A DNA stretch of 63,790 nt from Cryomorphaceae bacterium ASP10-05a (GCA_000981645.1 LAQC01000008.1:1-63790), one strand, 5' to 3'; numbered from the stretch's first letter, positions 1-10,498 are shown. Translations and numbers: made by a program. Notes: generated from the sequence alone by a model not told the origin.

Positions 1-1330
1 CGCAGCCGAAGTAAACGTATCCACTACATCCTGAGCCGTAGAATAAACATTACCATTAATCGTAATAGAAGTCCCGTCACAAATAGATTCGTTAAGTGCA
101 TTGGTCACCACAGGAATCACAGCAATCGTAGTGGTCACCGTAGAGTCACATCCAAGAATAGATGGATAAACATTCACCACATCTTGAGCCGTAGTGTAAT
201 CGGTTCCATTCACCGTAGCTGTTTCCCCTTCGCAGATCGTTACTGATTCATCAAAGGTCACCAGAGGATTTACCACAATCGTAATGGTCACCGTAGAATC
301 ACATCCCGCAGCAGAAGTATAGGTGTCAATTACATCTTGCGCAGTCGAATAAGTAGTTCCATTAATGTCGATTGATTCTCCATTACAAATGGATTCGGTA
401 AGCGCATTGGTCACCACAGGAGCCACAGTAATCGCAGTAGTAACAATAGAGTCGCATCCAAACATGTTTGTGTACATATTTGTCACTTGAGTGGAGTTGT
501 CATATGTAATGCCTTCAATATCTATTGTTTCTCCATCGCATAAATCTATGTTGATAGTTGTAGTTTGAGGGAAAGCAAAGAATATATTTAAAGTTACAGT
601 GGAATCTTGAGTGCAGTATTGACTGTCAAAGACATCTGTATGAACTCCATTAGTAGATATTGGATTCCCATTAAAGATGTAAGGTGTTCCAAAGCATCCT
701 ACTACGTTTACCGATGTTGCGGTAGGTTCAACTATGGTTAAATGAGTGATTACTGTGGAGTCACATCCTGATGCTGTAGCGTTTAAGTAAGTGTAGCTGT
801 AGGTTCCTGACTCAGTATAAAATTCTCCGTTTTCATTGTGGACCAAACCAAAACATAAATTAATATCCTGCTCTGTTACTATTTCATTGAAATCTAAAAC
901 CGTTGTAAGCAAGGAGTCGCAACCATCTGCAGTTTGAAGCAAATTAGTAAAGGTCCCTCCAGTCCAATAGGTGTTGCCTGCCACTGTATAGGTAGATCCA
1001 ATGCAGGTAGTTACAAATTCAGTATATTCTATGAGTGGAATTAATGTGACGTTCGTAACGACTGTAGAATCACAAAAGTTTGATGTTGTGTAAGTATAAG
1101 AGTATGTTCCATCAGTGAAATAGGTTTCAGGCCCTTCAATATGAATTTGTCCTTGACAGAGTTCAATATCATTGACCGTGTCTGGGATTGAGGGCAGCAC
1201 TGTGATTTCTGCTGTTACTATAGAATCACAACCATTTACAGAAAGAAAGCTATCTACCACCGTTTGACTAGCGAAATAGGTGTTACCGTTATAATCTACA
1301 GACTCACATCCTATTAATTCTTCGGTTAAG
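1..1330 (-). repeat. Tandem coding repeats of about 150-159 nt (50-53 aa) inside the edge adhesin gene
   Basis: The Cys codon of the recurring G-C-D-S motif sits at + coordinates 148-150, 301-303, 454-456, 613-615, 763-765, 919-921, 1072-1074 and 1228-1230. One example is ggtcaccgtagagtcacatcc at 133-153 versus ggtcaccgtagaatcacatcc at 286-306. The first three units are exactly 153 nt apart. Confidence 0.85.
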
Positions 1331-2769
1331 ATTGTTAGATCTTCAGGATTGTCTAGTTGGAACGAAACTTCTGTAGTGCAATCTTCAACGTCAGTGACAT
1401 AAATAGTGTACTGACCTCCACACAAGTTGCTGAAGGTTTGTTCTGTTGAACTATTAGTAATAGAAGCTATTACAGAGTTGTCGGTAGAGTTTTCTAGGGA
1501 GTAATCAAATGGAGCAGCACCGTTTCCTTCAATGACTATTTGCCCGTCACATTCATCGAAGCATGATATCTCGTTAACTGCATAGCTGGGCTCTTCACAG
1601 CATGGCGAGGGTGCAGTAAAATTTGCATCTACCACACACAAGTCGTCAGAAAAAGAAGCACTTAAGGAGCAAGCTTGTCCGTCTGGAGACAGGCCGTTTA
1701 AGGCAAAGTTATATGTTGTATTAAAAGGGGCGTTGTATGTGATTTGATTTCCATTACAATCTTCTATGGTGAGTGTTCCTGTTAATGGAAACCCGTCAAC
1801 TTCAAGATTCCCACTAATGCTATAGCTATTTGTCACGGGGTCGCATGCTCCAACAGTAAAGTCAAGATTAATATCACATAAAATATCACAGTTTGTGGAT
1901 CCAGCGCCACTAGTTTGACTTAAAGTTAATTCCTGTGAAATATTTGCGTAATTTGTTACTAGCATGATGTAAACCTCACCATTTTGAGCATTGAGTATGC
2001 TAGGGGTTTCCAAATTAGTGGGAGAGTAGCTACAATCAATGATGTTGTTTCCAATCTCCTCTAGAACTGATACTCCGTTAACCTGTATGCCTACCATAGA
2101 GCCATCCCATCCATCTCCGTATGAATCTACCATGTCTACGGTGTAGGTGCAGCAGCTGCCAGCAGGATTGCAGGTTGCTGTTAGAGAGGTGTTGAGTCCT
2201 TCGTCAGGTTCTGTGCCACTGTTGTAAACTAGGGTGGGGCCAGCAGAAATCGAAAATGAAATCTCATTTTCCCAAAACCCTCCTCCTGAGGTGTAAAACA
2301 CATCTATAGCGTCACCATCACAGGCTTCGAAGGTGAAAGATGCAAAAGCCCCTGTTACTGTATTGGGATTAGGATTAGGATTCGCTCCTAGAGTGCCGCA
2401 GTAGCCTGTTGCCTGATCCAAATCAGCGTAGGGCCCCCAGATAATATAATCAATATCACTGGGAGCTGTTAAACTCATGTCGATATCTCCATCGTCCTCG
2501 ATTTCTAGATAATACCAAGAAGGGTTTGGGCCTGAACCTAAACATCCATAGTTATTGCCAAGATCAGTATCAAAGACATCAGGACCATTTCCGTTTGAAG
2601 TGAATGTAAACCCAGTGTCAGTGCAGATAGGCTCAGGATCATCACAATCTAATGATTGACTATTAGCAGAATTAGAAAATAGCAACAGAAAAAATAACGC
2701 ACAAAGAATCGAACTGAAATTCGATTGATCGAGAGAAAAGTGTGATGGTATTTTAATGCGCTGAAGAAT
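1..2769 (-). CDS. Large secreted cell-surface repeat protein (adhesin-like). Only the N-terminal ~920 codons are present and the gene runs off the left edge.
   Basis: This gene is absent from the ORF track because it has no stop in the window and no ATG. I checked the minus-strand frame (codon top coordinate = 0 mod 3) over 1321-2790 and found no stop below the TGA at 2791-2793. The verified translation is ...ILCALFFLLLFSNSANS QSLDCDDPEPICTDTGFTFTSNGNGPDVFDTDLGNNYGCLGSGPNPSWYYLEIEDDGDIDMSLTAPSDIDYIIWGPYADLDQATGY..., a signal peptide followed by a globular domain. Tandem GCDS-containing repeats follow. The start is unresolved. There is no in-frame ATG, GTG or TTG before the hydrophobic core, and the candidates are ATT at 2769-2767 or 2757-2755. 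Confidence 0.75.
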   Translation of the reverse strand, partial: MLQRIKIPSHFSLDQSNFSSILCALFFLLLFSNSANSQSLDCDDPEPICTDTGFTFTSNGNGPDVFDTDLGNNYGCLGSGPNPSWYYLEIEDDGDIDMSLTAPSDIDYIIWGPYADLDQATGYCGTLGANPNPNPNTVTGAFASFTFEACDGDAIDVFYTSGGGFWENEISFSISAGPTLVYNSGTEPDEGLNTSLTATCNPAGSCCTYTVDMVDSYGDGWDGSMVGIQVNGVSVLEEIGNNIIDCSYSPTNLETPSILNAQNGEVYIMLVTNYANISQELTLSQTSGAGSTNCDILCDINLDFTVGACDPVTNSYSISGNLEVDGFPLTGTLTIEDCNGNQITYNAPFNTTYNFALNGLSPDGQACSLSASFSDDLCVVDANFTAPSPCCEEPSYAVNEISCFDECDGQIVIEGNGAAPFDYSLENSTDNSVIASITNSSTEQTFSNLCGGQYTIYVTDVEDCTTEVSFQLDNPEDLTILTEELIGCESVDYNGNTYFASQTVVDSFLSVNGCDSIVTAEITVLPSIPDTVNDIELCQGQIHIEGPETYFTDGTYSYTYTTSNFCDSTVVTNVTLIPLIEYTEFVTTCIGSTYTVAGNTYWTGGTFTNLLQTADGCDSLLTTVLDFNEIVTEQDINLCFGLVHNENGEFYTESGTYSYTYLNATASGCDSTVITHLTIVEPTATSVNVVGCFGTPYIFNGNPISTNGVHTDVFDSQYCTQDSTVTLNIFFAFPQTTTINIDLCDGETIDIEGITYDNSTQVTNMYTNMFGCDSIVTTAITVAPVVTNALTESICNGESIDINGTTYSTAQDVIDTYTSAAGCDSTVTITIVVNPLVTFDESVTICEGETATVNGTDYTTAQDVVNVYPSILGCDSTVTTTIAVIPVVTNALNESICDGTSITINGNVYSTAQDVVDTFTSAA

Positions 2770-2795
2770 GGTTTTATCAGGTTTGGGGTCTCAAG

Positions 2796-2803
2796 CAAAA
2801 ATA
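2796..2803 (-). promoter_or_regulatory. Candidate Bacteroidota -7 promoter box (TATTTTTG) for the edge adhesin gene
   Basis: The box matches TAnnTTTG on the minus strand. It lies just upstream of the open frame and about 26 nt before the ATT candidate start. Confidence 0.4.
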
Positions 2804-2892
2804 TAAAAAAAAACACCTAACTCTGCATTATCACACAGCATACGTGGATAATTAAATTAATTTTTGATGTTAATGCACTAACAGGGTTGAGT

Positions 2893-2900
2893 TACCTTTG
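2893..2900 (+). promoter_or_regulatory. Candidate -7 promoter box (TACCTTTG) for valS
   Basis: The box matches TAnnTTTG and lies 17 nt upstream of the ATG at 2918. Confidence 0.5.
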
Positions 2901-2917
2901 AATAATAATTTTGTGAA

Positions 2918-5527
2918 ATGGAAATTCCGAGTAAATACGACCCGAGAGAAACAGAGAATAAATGGTATGAATTCTGGATGAAGAATGATTATTTTCATTC
3001 TGAACCAGATGATAGAGAGTCATATACAGTAGTAATACCTCCTCCAAATGTAACTGGGGTTCTACATATGGGGCATATGTTGAACAACACCATCCAAGAT
3101 GTTCTGGTGAGAAGAGCTAGAATGTTAGGGAAAAATGCTTGTTGGGTTCCAGGGACAGACCATGCATCCATAGCTACAGAAGCCAAAGTGGTCAAGAGAT
3201 TGAGAGAGAAAGGAATTAAGAAATCTGACATAGGGAGGGAAGAGTTTTTAAAACATGCGTGGGAGTGGAAAGAAGAGTATGGTGGAATAATCTTAGAGCA
3301 GCTTAAAAAGCTCGGTGCTAGTTGTGATTGGGAAAGAACTTCTTTTACTATGGATGAAACTTACTACCAAGATGTAGTAAATACGTTCATTAGGCTCTAC
3401 GAAAAAGGGTTGATTTACAGAGGTGAGCGAATGATTAATTGGGATCCAGCTGCTTTGACAGCATTGTCTGATGAAGAGGTGATTCATAAGGAAGTAAATT
3501 CAAAATTATATCATGTTAGATATCAAATAAAAGACTCTAAAGAATATGTAACTATAGCTACCACTAGGCCTGAGACTATATTAGGGGATTCAGCTATTTG
3601 TATTCATCCAGATGATACGCGTTATACCCATTTACATGGTAAGCATGCGATAGTTCCGCTAATAGGCAGAGAGATTCCTGTAATTCTGGATGATTATGTG
3701 GATATGGAGTTCGGTACAGGTTGTCTTAAGGTTACTCCTGCTCATGATGTGAATGATTTTGATATAGGCGCTAAGCATAACTTGGAAATTATAAATATTA
3801 TGAACCCAAATGGAACATTGAATGAGAATTCGGTGCTGTTTGATGGTGTGGATCGCTTTAAGGTTAGAAAGCAAATTGAGAAAGATTTAGAAGAGTCAGG
3901 AAACCTGGTAGAGGTAGAATCTTACCAGAATAAAATCGGCTATTCAGAGAGAACTGATGTGGTTATAGAACCTCGCCTTTCACTGCAGTGGTGGGTGAAG
4001 ATGGATGATATTGTTAAGCCCGCGTTGCAAAGCGTAAAAGATGGCGAGATTAATTTCTATCCAAGCAACTTCGTAAACACATACAATCATTGGTTGAATA
4101 ACGTCAAAGACTGGTGTGTTAGTAGACAATTATGGTGGGGACATCGAATTCCAGCGTGGTTTTATGGAGAGGGCGATGATGATTTCGTGGTATGTGTTGC
4201 TGCGGAAGAGGCTTTGGAAAAAGCCAAAGCTAAATCTGGAAATGATGCCTTAACAGCAGAGGATTTAAAGCAAGATGAAGATGTAATGGATACTTGGTTC
4301 TCTTCTTGGTTATGGCCTATGTCTGTATTCAATGGCCTCCAAGATGAAAAAGAAGTATCTTACTATTATCCTACTGCCGATTTAGTTACAGGTCCTGATA
4401 TTATATTTTTCTGGGTAGCTAGAATGATTATGGCTGGATATGAATATAGAGATGAGAAACCTTTCTCTAATGTTTACTTCACGGGTATAGTTAGGGACAA
4501 GCAGGGCAGAAAAATGAGCAAGTCTTTAGGGAATTCTCCAGACCCTCTAGAGCTAATAAACCAGTATGGAGCTGATGGAGTACGAGTAGGACTTTTACTT
4601 ACTGCTCCAGCAGGAAACGATATTCCGTTTGATGACAAGCTTTGCGAGCAAGGGAGTAAATTTTCTAATAAAATATGGAACGCCTTTAGACTAGTAAAAG
4701 GATGGGAAGTAGAAGAAAAAGAACAACCTTTAGAAGCCAAACAAGCCGTTAAATGGTTTAACTCTAGAATAGGAACTGTATTAGAAGAAATAAATGACAG
4801 CTTCACTAAATTCAGACTTTCTGAAGCTTTAATGTCTTCTTATAAATTGATTTGGGATGATTTATGTTCGTCATACTTAGAGGCTGTGAAGCCAGCTTAT
4901 GGAGGGAAGATTGACCCTCAGAGTTTGAAAGAAACAATTGAGTTTTTTGAGACTACACTGAAAATAATTCACCCATTTATGCCTTTCTTAAGTGAAGAGA
5001 TCTGGCATAGATTAGCCGACAGGCCAGAAAAAGAAGATGCGCTAATAGTGGCTAAATGGCCAGAGCAGGAGAAGGGTGATGAACTATTGCAACGCGAATG
5101 GGAAGTGCTAAGTGAGATTCTCTCAGATGTAAAGAACCAAAGGAATCAATATGGCATAAGTCCAAAAGATGCCTTAACAGGTTCTGTGAATATTAGCGGA
5201 AAATTAAATCAAGATTTCTCGAAGTTATTTAAGAAATTAGGGAACTGCACCATAGATGTTATCTCTGACGGTGGAGATACATATCCAAGAAAAAATGGAG
5301 TGGTATCTTTGGATTTAGGAGATAAGCTTCAGGAAGAGGAAAAAAAGAATCTGGAGAAAGAATTAGAGTACACAAAAGGATTCTCAGCTTCTGTAGAGAA
5401 AAAGCTCTCGAATGAACGTTTCGTGAATAACGCTCCAGAATCTGTAGTAGCTTCTGAGAGAAAGAAAATAGCTGATGCTCAGGCTAAGATAGCTCAGATG
5501 GAAGAGAAGCTTAAACAAATGAAATAA
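2918..5527 (+). CDS. valS: Valyl-tRNA synthetase
   Basis: The 869-aa product carries the class I signatures LHMGHML (HIGH-type) and RKMSKSLGN (KMSKS). It also has a ValRS-like N-terminus (YDPRETENKWYEFW) and a C-terminal coiled coil. Confidence 0.97.
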   Translation: MEIPSKYDPRETENKWYEFWMKNDYFHSEPDDRESYTVVIPPPNVTGVLHMGHMLNNTIQDVLVRRARMLGKNACWVPGTDHASIATEAKVVKRLREKGIKKSDIGREEFLKHAWEWKEEYGGIILEQLKKLGASCDWERTSFTMDETYYQDVVNTFIRLYEKGLIYRGERMINWDPAALTALSDEEVIHKEVNSKLYHVRYQIKDSKEYVTIATTRPETILGDSAICIHPDDTRYTHLHGKHAIVPLIGREIPVILDDYVDMEFGTGCLKVTPAHDVNDFDIGAKHNLEIINIMNPNGTLNENSVLFDGVDRFKVRKQIEKDLEESGNLVEVESYQNKIGYSERTDVVIEPRLSLQWWVKMDDIVKPALQSVKDGEINFYPSNFVNTYNHWLNNVKDWCVSRQLWWGHRIPAWFYGEGDDDFVVCVAAEEALEKAKAKSGNDALTAEDLKQDEDVMDTWFSSWLWPMSVFNGLQDEKEVSYYYPTADLVTGPDIIFFWVARMIMAGYEYRDEKPFSNVYFTGIVRDKQGRKMSKSLGNSPDPLELINQYGADGVRVGLLLTAPAGNDIPFDDKLCEQGSKFSNKIWNAFRLVKGWEVEEKEQPLEAKQAVKWFNSRIGTVLEEINDSFTKFRLSEALMSSYKLIWDDLCSSYLEAVKPAYGGKIDPQSLKETIEFFETTLKIIHPFMPFLSEEIWHRLADRPEKEDALIVAKWPEQEKGDELLQREWEVLSEILSDVKNQRNQYGISPKDALTGSVNISGKLNQDFSKLFKKLGNCTIDVISDGGDTYPRKNGVVSLDLGDKLQEEEKKNLEKELEYTKGFSASVEKKLSNERFVNNAPESVVASERKKIADAQAKIAQMEEKLKQMK

Positions 5528-5534
5528 ACTAGGC

Positions 5535-7130
5535 ATGAAAAATTTAATAGTTATTATAGGCGTCTTTTCCTTACTGCTATCTGGCTGTAGAGAAGATTTC
5601 GAAGATTTGGAGTTTGAAGATTGGAAACCAATTATAGCTATTCCGCTGGTGTCCTCCGAGATAACAGTAGATGATGTGTTAACAGAATTAAACCATCCAG
5701 AAGAAGTTTTAATTCTAGAAAATGGCTTGGTAGCTCTAAACTATAAAGGAGAGTTGTTTTCTTCTAGTGCCGAAAGCATAATAGCTCTTCCAAACCAATT
5801 GTTTTCTGAATCTATAGTTTTAGGTGAAGCAGAGGTGCTCATTTTAGACAATACAGGAACAGTAACTCCTCCTACTTTTGATTTTCCTGTAAATTTAAAC
5901 CTCTCACCAGCAGATATAATGGTGTCCGAAGTTAAATTTCTAGCAGGAGATTTGACAATGAGTCTAACTCGTGAACAAGATGAAGGTGTCTCTGGTACGG
6001 TTTCGGTAAATGAGTTGGTAGATGGAGATGGTCAAGTGGCTTCTTTCAGTTTTTCAGGTTCAGAAGCTTTAGGTGTTCCAGAAACGGTGAGTATAGACTT
6101 AACAGGTTATAGCTTAAATCCGTTAATCGAATCTTCTAATGAGGTTAATTTATCGGCTTTTATCACCTTTACGAATAATGAGATGAATACGGCTATAGAA
6201 GGTGATTTTGTCTCTATAGATTTTGATTTATCTAACCTTCAGTTTGAACATATCATAGGAGATTTCGGTAACCTTTCTATTTCAGCTGAGACTGACTCTA
6301 TTAAACTAGATCTGTTTGAAAACATTCAAGGAGGCTCTTTTGCTCTGACTAATGCCATTTTTAATTTTACAGTTACTAACTCGTTTGGTTTTCCTTCAAA
6401 TATTGAGCTTGGTCAAGTAGTAAGCATAAATGAAAATACTGGAGTACAAACACCGTTAATTCTAGACGATATAAGTTTACAAGGACAAGAGGAATTGGGA
6501 GGATCTCCAGAGGTTGGAGTATTTAGTTTTGATAATGAGAATTCTGATGTCTCCTCTTTGTTCGATCCTGCACCTTTATTGGTCGTGTTTAATGTAACAG
6601 CAGTGTCTAATCCAGGTGGTCCGCCACCACCGACCAATTTAAACTTTATAACCAATGAAAGTGCTTTCGATATAGGTATAGATTTAATATTACCACTAGA
6701 AGGTTATGCTTTGAATATGTTGGTGTCAGATACGGTGCCATTAAGTATTTCATTTGGCCAGAGCGAAGAAATAGACTCCATAGAGTTTAAGTTACAGATG
6801 GACAATGGATTTCCCGCAGATATTTCTTTTCAAGCATTATTCTTAGATAGTAATAAGGTGGTAACAGACAGTCTGTTTGTAGAACAAACCTTAATTATGG
6901 AGTCGGCCTTAACGGATGCCGATGGAAATGTGACTTCTCCGAGCCAGACAGTTAATTTCATCTTATTAGAAGGCGAAAGGGCAGACAGTATAAAGGACAC
7001 GGATTTTGTTTTATTTAGAGCTGTATTTAATTCTTCTGGGGCAGAGAATCAGGAAGTAATACGGATAAAAGAGACGCAGAAAGTGGATATTAAATTGGGG
7101 GCTAAAATCTTTGGAAATATAGAATTATGA
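5535..7130 (+). CDS. Lipoprotein of unknown function
   Basis: The 531-aa product has a lipobox signal peptide (MKNLIVIIGVFSLLLSGC) and an Asn/Ser/Thr-rich, beta-type composition. It starts 8 nt after the valS stop. Confidence 0.7.
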   Translation: MKNLIVIIGVFSLLLSGCREDFEDLEFEDWKPIIAIPLVSSEITVDDVLTELNHPEEVLILENGLVALNYKGELFSSSAESIIALPNQLFSESIVLGEAEVLILDNTGTVTPPTFDFPVNLNLSPADIMVSEVKFLAGDLTMSLTREQDEGVSGTVSVNELVDGDGQVASFSFSGSEALGVPETVSIDLTGYSLNPLIESSNEVNLSAFITFTNNEMNTAIEGDFVSIDFDLSNLQFEHIIGDFGNLSISAETDSIKLDLFENIQGGSFALTNAIFNFTVTNSFGFPSNIELGQVVSINENTGVQTPLILDDISLQGQEELGGSPEVGVFSFDNENSDVSSLFDPAPLLVVFNVTAVSNPGGPPPPTNLNFITNESAFDIGIDLILPLEGYALNMLVSDTVPLSISFGQSEEIDSIEFKLQMDNGFPADISFQALFLDSNKVVTDSLFVEQTLIMESALTDADGNVTSPSQTVNFILLEGERADSIKDTDFVLFRAVFNSSGAENQEVIRIKETQKVDIKLGAKIFGNIEL

Positions 7131-8467
7131 AAAAACTAATAATCCTTTTAGCCATCGTCTGTTCTTTAGAAGGACTAGGACAGGTAAATACATTTCACTT
7201 TAGTGACTGGTCTGGAATGAGTCAGTGGAATTATAATCCAGCGTTGCAAAGCAAAGAAAAAGTATTCGTTTATGTTCCTGTAATCTCTGGTCTACACGTG
7301 TCTACAGGGCATACGGGATTTGCCTATGAGGATGGAATCCAAAATAAAACCGTAAACTTTTCCAGTTTAATAGATGGCCTAGATCAAAAGAATCATCTGC
7401 TAAATGAGATTAACACCACGCTTTTCGCATTAGGAGTGAAGTTTGGGAAAGTTCAATTAAGAACTGGTGTCAGCACTCATATGGAGTCCAGACTTTCTTA
7501 CACAAAAGATTTGTTCGAATTAGCATGGAAAGGAAACGGTCATCCTGATGTCATAAACAGAAGATTATCTATGGATGGAACAGGGTTTAGCTCTACGCTT
7601 TACACATCGTTCTTCTTAGGAGGGTCTGTGAGCCTGTTAGAGGACAAGCTGAATCTCGGAATAAACGGTAAGTTCTTCAATGGTCTAGCCACTGTTTACA
7701 CAGAAAATAACACTTTCGGTTTAAGAACTAGTGCAGATGATTATACCGTAACCGTAGATGGAACTTTTGATGTGAGAACATCAGGGCTAAACTCCCTAAA
7801 AGATACCATGGAATATAGCCAATTCTTACCGTTTTCGGCAGATGGGAATAGAGGGTTTGGAGTAGATTTAGGATTCACTTATTCACCAACAGAGAAATTT
7901 ACGGTAGAAGCTTCAGCTACTAATTTAGGTTCTATTAATTGGTCGCAAGATACCGAAGGGTACAAGCTGAATGAACAAGAGATAGCTTACTCGGGATTTG
8001 AGTTAGATCAGTTTTTATTAGCATCCGATTCCACAGAGTCAGCTATAGAGCAGTTTGCAGACTCCATTACTGATTTATTTACACCAGAAGAAAATTCAGA
8101 CAATTTCTCTACTAAAATGAATAGGAATATTTTCCTTGCAGGAACTATTAATTTCAGTAAAAAGTCTAAGGCTACTGTCTTTTTTAATAGTAGAAATAGT
8201 TTCGGAGAAACATTTAACTCTCTAGGAGGGGTTTACTCCAAGAACTTTGGAAGAACCCTTCAATTAAGAGGTGGACTTCAGCTGTTCAATATGAAAGACA
8301 TGTTGATTCCTGTTGGTTTGATCGTAAACGTGGGACCGGTTCAGCTTGGACTGCATACTGATAATGTAATTTCAGTGATTCAGAGAGAAAAGGCCAAGTA
8401 TGTATCAGGAATGTTCTCGATAGGATTAAGGTTCGGGAAAGATGAAAGAGTAAAAATCACAGATTAA
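7127..8467 (+). CDS. Putative outer-membrane beta-barrel protein of unknown function
   Basis: The 446-aa product has a signal peptide (MKKLIILLAIVCSLEGLGQ) and alternating beta-strand-like segments rich in Gly and aromatics. Its start overlaps the upstream stop (ATGA). Confidence 0.6.
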   Translation: MKKLIILLAIVCSLEGLGQVNTFHFSDWSGMSQWNYNPALQSKEKVFVYVPVISGLHVSTGHTGFAYEDGIQNKTVNFSSLIDGLDQKNHLLNEINTTLFALGVKFGKVQLRTGVSTHMESRLSYTKDLFELAWKGNGHPDVINRRLSMDGTGFSSTLYTSFFLGGSVSLLEDKLNLGINGKFFNGLATVYTENNTFGLRTSADDYTVTVDGTFDVRTSGLNSLKDTMEYSQFLPFSADGNRGFGVDLGFTYSPTEKFTVEASATNLGSINWSQDTEGYKLNEQEIAYSGFELDQFLLASDSTESAIEQFADSITDLFTPEENSDNFSTKMNRNIFLAGTINFSKKSKATVFFNSRNSFGETFNSLGGVYSKNFGRTLQLRGGLQLFNMKDMLIPVGLIVNVGPVQLGLHTDNVISVIQREKAKYVSGMFSIGLRFGKDERVKITD

Positions 8468-10498
8468 TTGGGCTATTATAATAGAGAATTAAGTTGGCTC
8501 TCCTTTAATGAAAGGGTTTTACAAGAAGCCGAAGATAAATCAGTTCCTCTCACAGAGAGAATGAGATTCTTAGGTATATTCTCTAATAATTTAGATGAGT
8601 TTTTCAGAGTGCGGGTAGCTAGTCTTACTAGGTTATCTGATTTAGGAGCTAAGACGAAAGCTAAATTCGATGAAGACCCAGCAGACGTTTTGGTAAAAGT
8701 TGGAGCTAAAATCAGAATACTTCAGACTAGAAGAGACGAAGTCTACAGAAGGTTAAAAAAGGAATTCAATAAAGAAGGAATAGAAATCATCTCCCACGAG
8801 AATATTCCGTCAGAGAACCTCGAAGAAGTAAAAGCATTTTTTTATCAGGTGCTTCGGCCAAAGCTTGTGCCTATAATGCTTGACCAGGTAAGCGAATTCC
8901 CAAGTCTAGGAGATAAAGAGATTTATTTATTAGTGAAATTAGAATTAGAAAATGGGGACATTAATTTTTCGCTTATAGAAATACCTAATTCTATTAATAG
9001 ATTTTATGTTATAAATTCTTCCCATGGAACTTCCAAGGTCATTTATATAGATGATATCATTCGCTTTAAATTAAGTAAACTCTTCAGAACATTAAACTTA
9101 AAGCATGTCAGTGCCTATACCATTAAAATCACCAGAGACGCTGAGTTAGATTACGATGATGACTTCAGTAAAGGAGTCATGGAGAAAATGGAGAGGTCTG
9201 TTAAAAAGAGAAAAAAAGGAGATTATGTAAGACTTCTTTATGACAAAGAAATGCCTGAAGATATGTTGGTGTTTCTTAAAAGTAAGCTTAAGATAAAAGG
9301 AAAGTCGAACATTATAGCAGGAGGGAAATATCATAATAAAAAGGATTTACTTTCGTTCCCTTCGTTTGATAAAGGAAAGCTTTCATTCAGAAAAAAAGAA
9401 AGACTCAGACATCCAGACTTTAAAGGAGAAGACAGCCTATTTACGGTGATCCTAAAAAAGGATGTGATGATTCATATGCCTTACCAGAGTTTTGATTACA
9501 TCACTGCTTTTTTACGAGAAGCGGCCATAGATCCTTTTGTGAAATCTATTAGCATTACGCTTTATAGAGTAAGCAAGGATTCAGATATCATACACGCCCT
9601 AATTAATGCGGCTAAAAACGGAAAAAAGGTAACAGTAGTTATTGAATTACAAGCCAGATTTGACGAAGAAAATAACATCTATTATTCAGACTTATTGAAG
9701 GATGCAGGAGCTCGAGTTATATTCGGTGCTCAGGGCTTAAAAGTTCATTCAAAAATAATTTTAATTCAAAGAAAAGTAGATGGCCTTTCTAGGCACATGG
9801 GCTATTTAGGCACTGGAAACTTTCATGAAGGGAACTCTAAAATTTATGAAGACCTAGGAATATTTACAGCCAGTAAGCTTATCGTTTCTGATTTAAAAAA
9901 GCTATTCAGTCTATTCGAAAATGCCTTCCAAAGAACAAGGTTCTCATCCCTTGTCGTTTCGCCATTTGACACTAGAATTAAATTTTCTGAGCTTATTTTA
10001 AACGAGATACTTCATGCACAGCGAGGTAAAGAAGCATATCTTAATTTAAAATTAAACAACCTTGTAGATAAACAAATGATTAATCTGCTTTATCAGGCCA
10101 GCAAGTCTGGAGTGAAAATAAAGCTAATCGTACGTGGGATCTGCTGTCTAATTCCAGGGAAATCAGGGCTTAGCGAAAACATAGAAGTTCGAAGCATCGT
10201 AGGGCGTTACCTTGAGCATAGCCGAGTTATAGAGTTTGGTAACGCTGGAAACCCGCTTATCTACATCTCCTCTGCAGATTGGATGGGGCGTAACTTAGAT
10301 AAGAGGATTGAGGTAAGTATGCCAGTAATAGATAAGAAGCTTATTTCTGAGTTGAAGTCTTATTTTACGTTGCAATGGTCAGATAACCATAAGTCAAGAA
10401 TTATAGATGCAGACCAAACCAACCCTTACTTCACAGAAGGAGAGGCCGAGATAGATGCTCAGCAAGTGAGGTATGATGAGTTAAAACAATTGTTATGA
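8468..10498 (+). CDS. ppk1: Polyphosphate kinase 1
   Basis: The 676-aa product has the PPK1 N-terminal signature YYNRELSWLSFNERVLQEA and two PLD-like H-x-K segments (KVHSKIILIQ, LEHSRVIEF). A TTG start directly follows the upstream TAA. Confidence 0.95.
   Translation: MGYYNRELSWLSFNERVLQEAEDKSVPLTERMRFLGIFSNNLDEFFRVRVASLTRLSDLGAKTKAKFDEDPADVLVKVGAKIRILQTRRDEVYRRLKKEFNKEGIEIISHENIPSENLEEVKAFFYQVLRPKLVPIMLDQVSEFPSLGDKEIYLLVKLELENGDINFSLIEIPNSINRFYVINSSHGTSKVIYIDDIIRFKLSKLFRTLNLKHVSAYTIKITRDAELDYDDDFSKGVMEKMERSVKKRKKGDYVRLLYDKEMPEDMLVFLKSKLKIKGKSNIIAGGKYHNKKDLLSFPSFDKGKLSFRKKERLRHPDFKGEDSLFTVILKKDVMIHMPYQSFDYITAFLREAAIDPFVKSISITLYRVSKDSDIIHALINAAKNGKKVTVVIELQARFDEENNIYYSDLLKDAGARVIFGAQGLKVHSKIILIQRKVDGLSRHMGYLGTGNFHEGNSKIYEDLGIFTASKLIVSDLKKLFSLFENAFQRTRFSSLVVSPFDTRIKFSELILNEILHAQRGKEAYLNLKLNNLVDKQMINLLYQASKSGVKIKLIVRGICCLIPGKSGLSENIEVRSIVGRYLEHSRVIEFGNAGNPLIYISSADWMGRNLDKRIEVSMPVIDKKLISELKSYFTLQWSDNHKSRIIDADQTNPYFTEGEAEIDAQQVRYDELKQLL

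Noticed and set aside
1-1330. Regular ~153-nt periodicity at the left edge as a possible CRISPR or non-coding satellite array
   Set aside because: The units are diverged, lie in one continuous open reading frame and encode a conserved GCDS-containing protein repeat. There is no spacer/repeat structure.
2995-4806. Several 64-110 aa antisense ORFs inside valS, and similar nested ORFs inside ppk1, ppx, acnA, lolE, secDF, uvrB, the GT-C gene and others
   Set aside because: All are nested opposite or out of frame to genes with strong motif support. I saw no independent promoter, terminator or recognisable motif for any of them.
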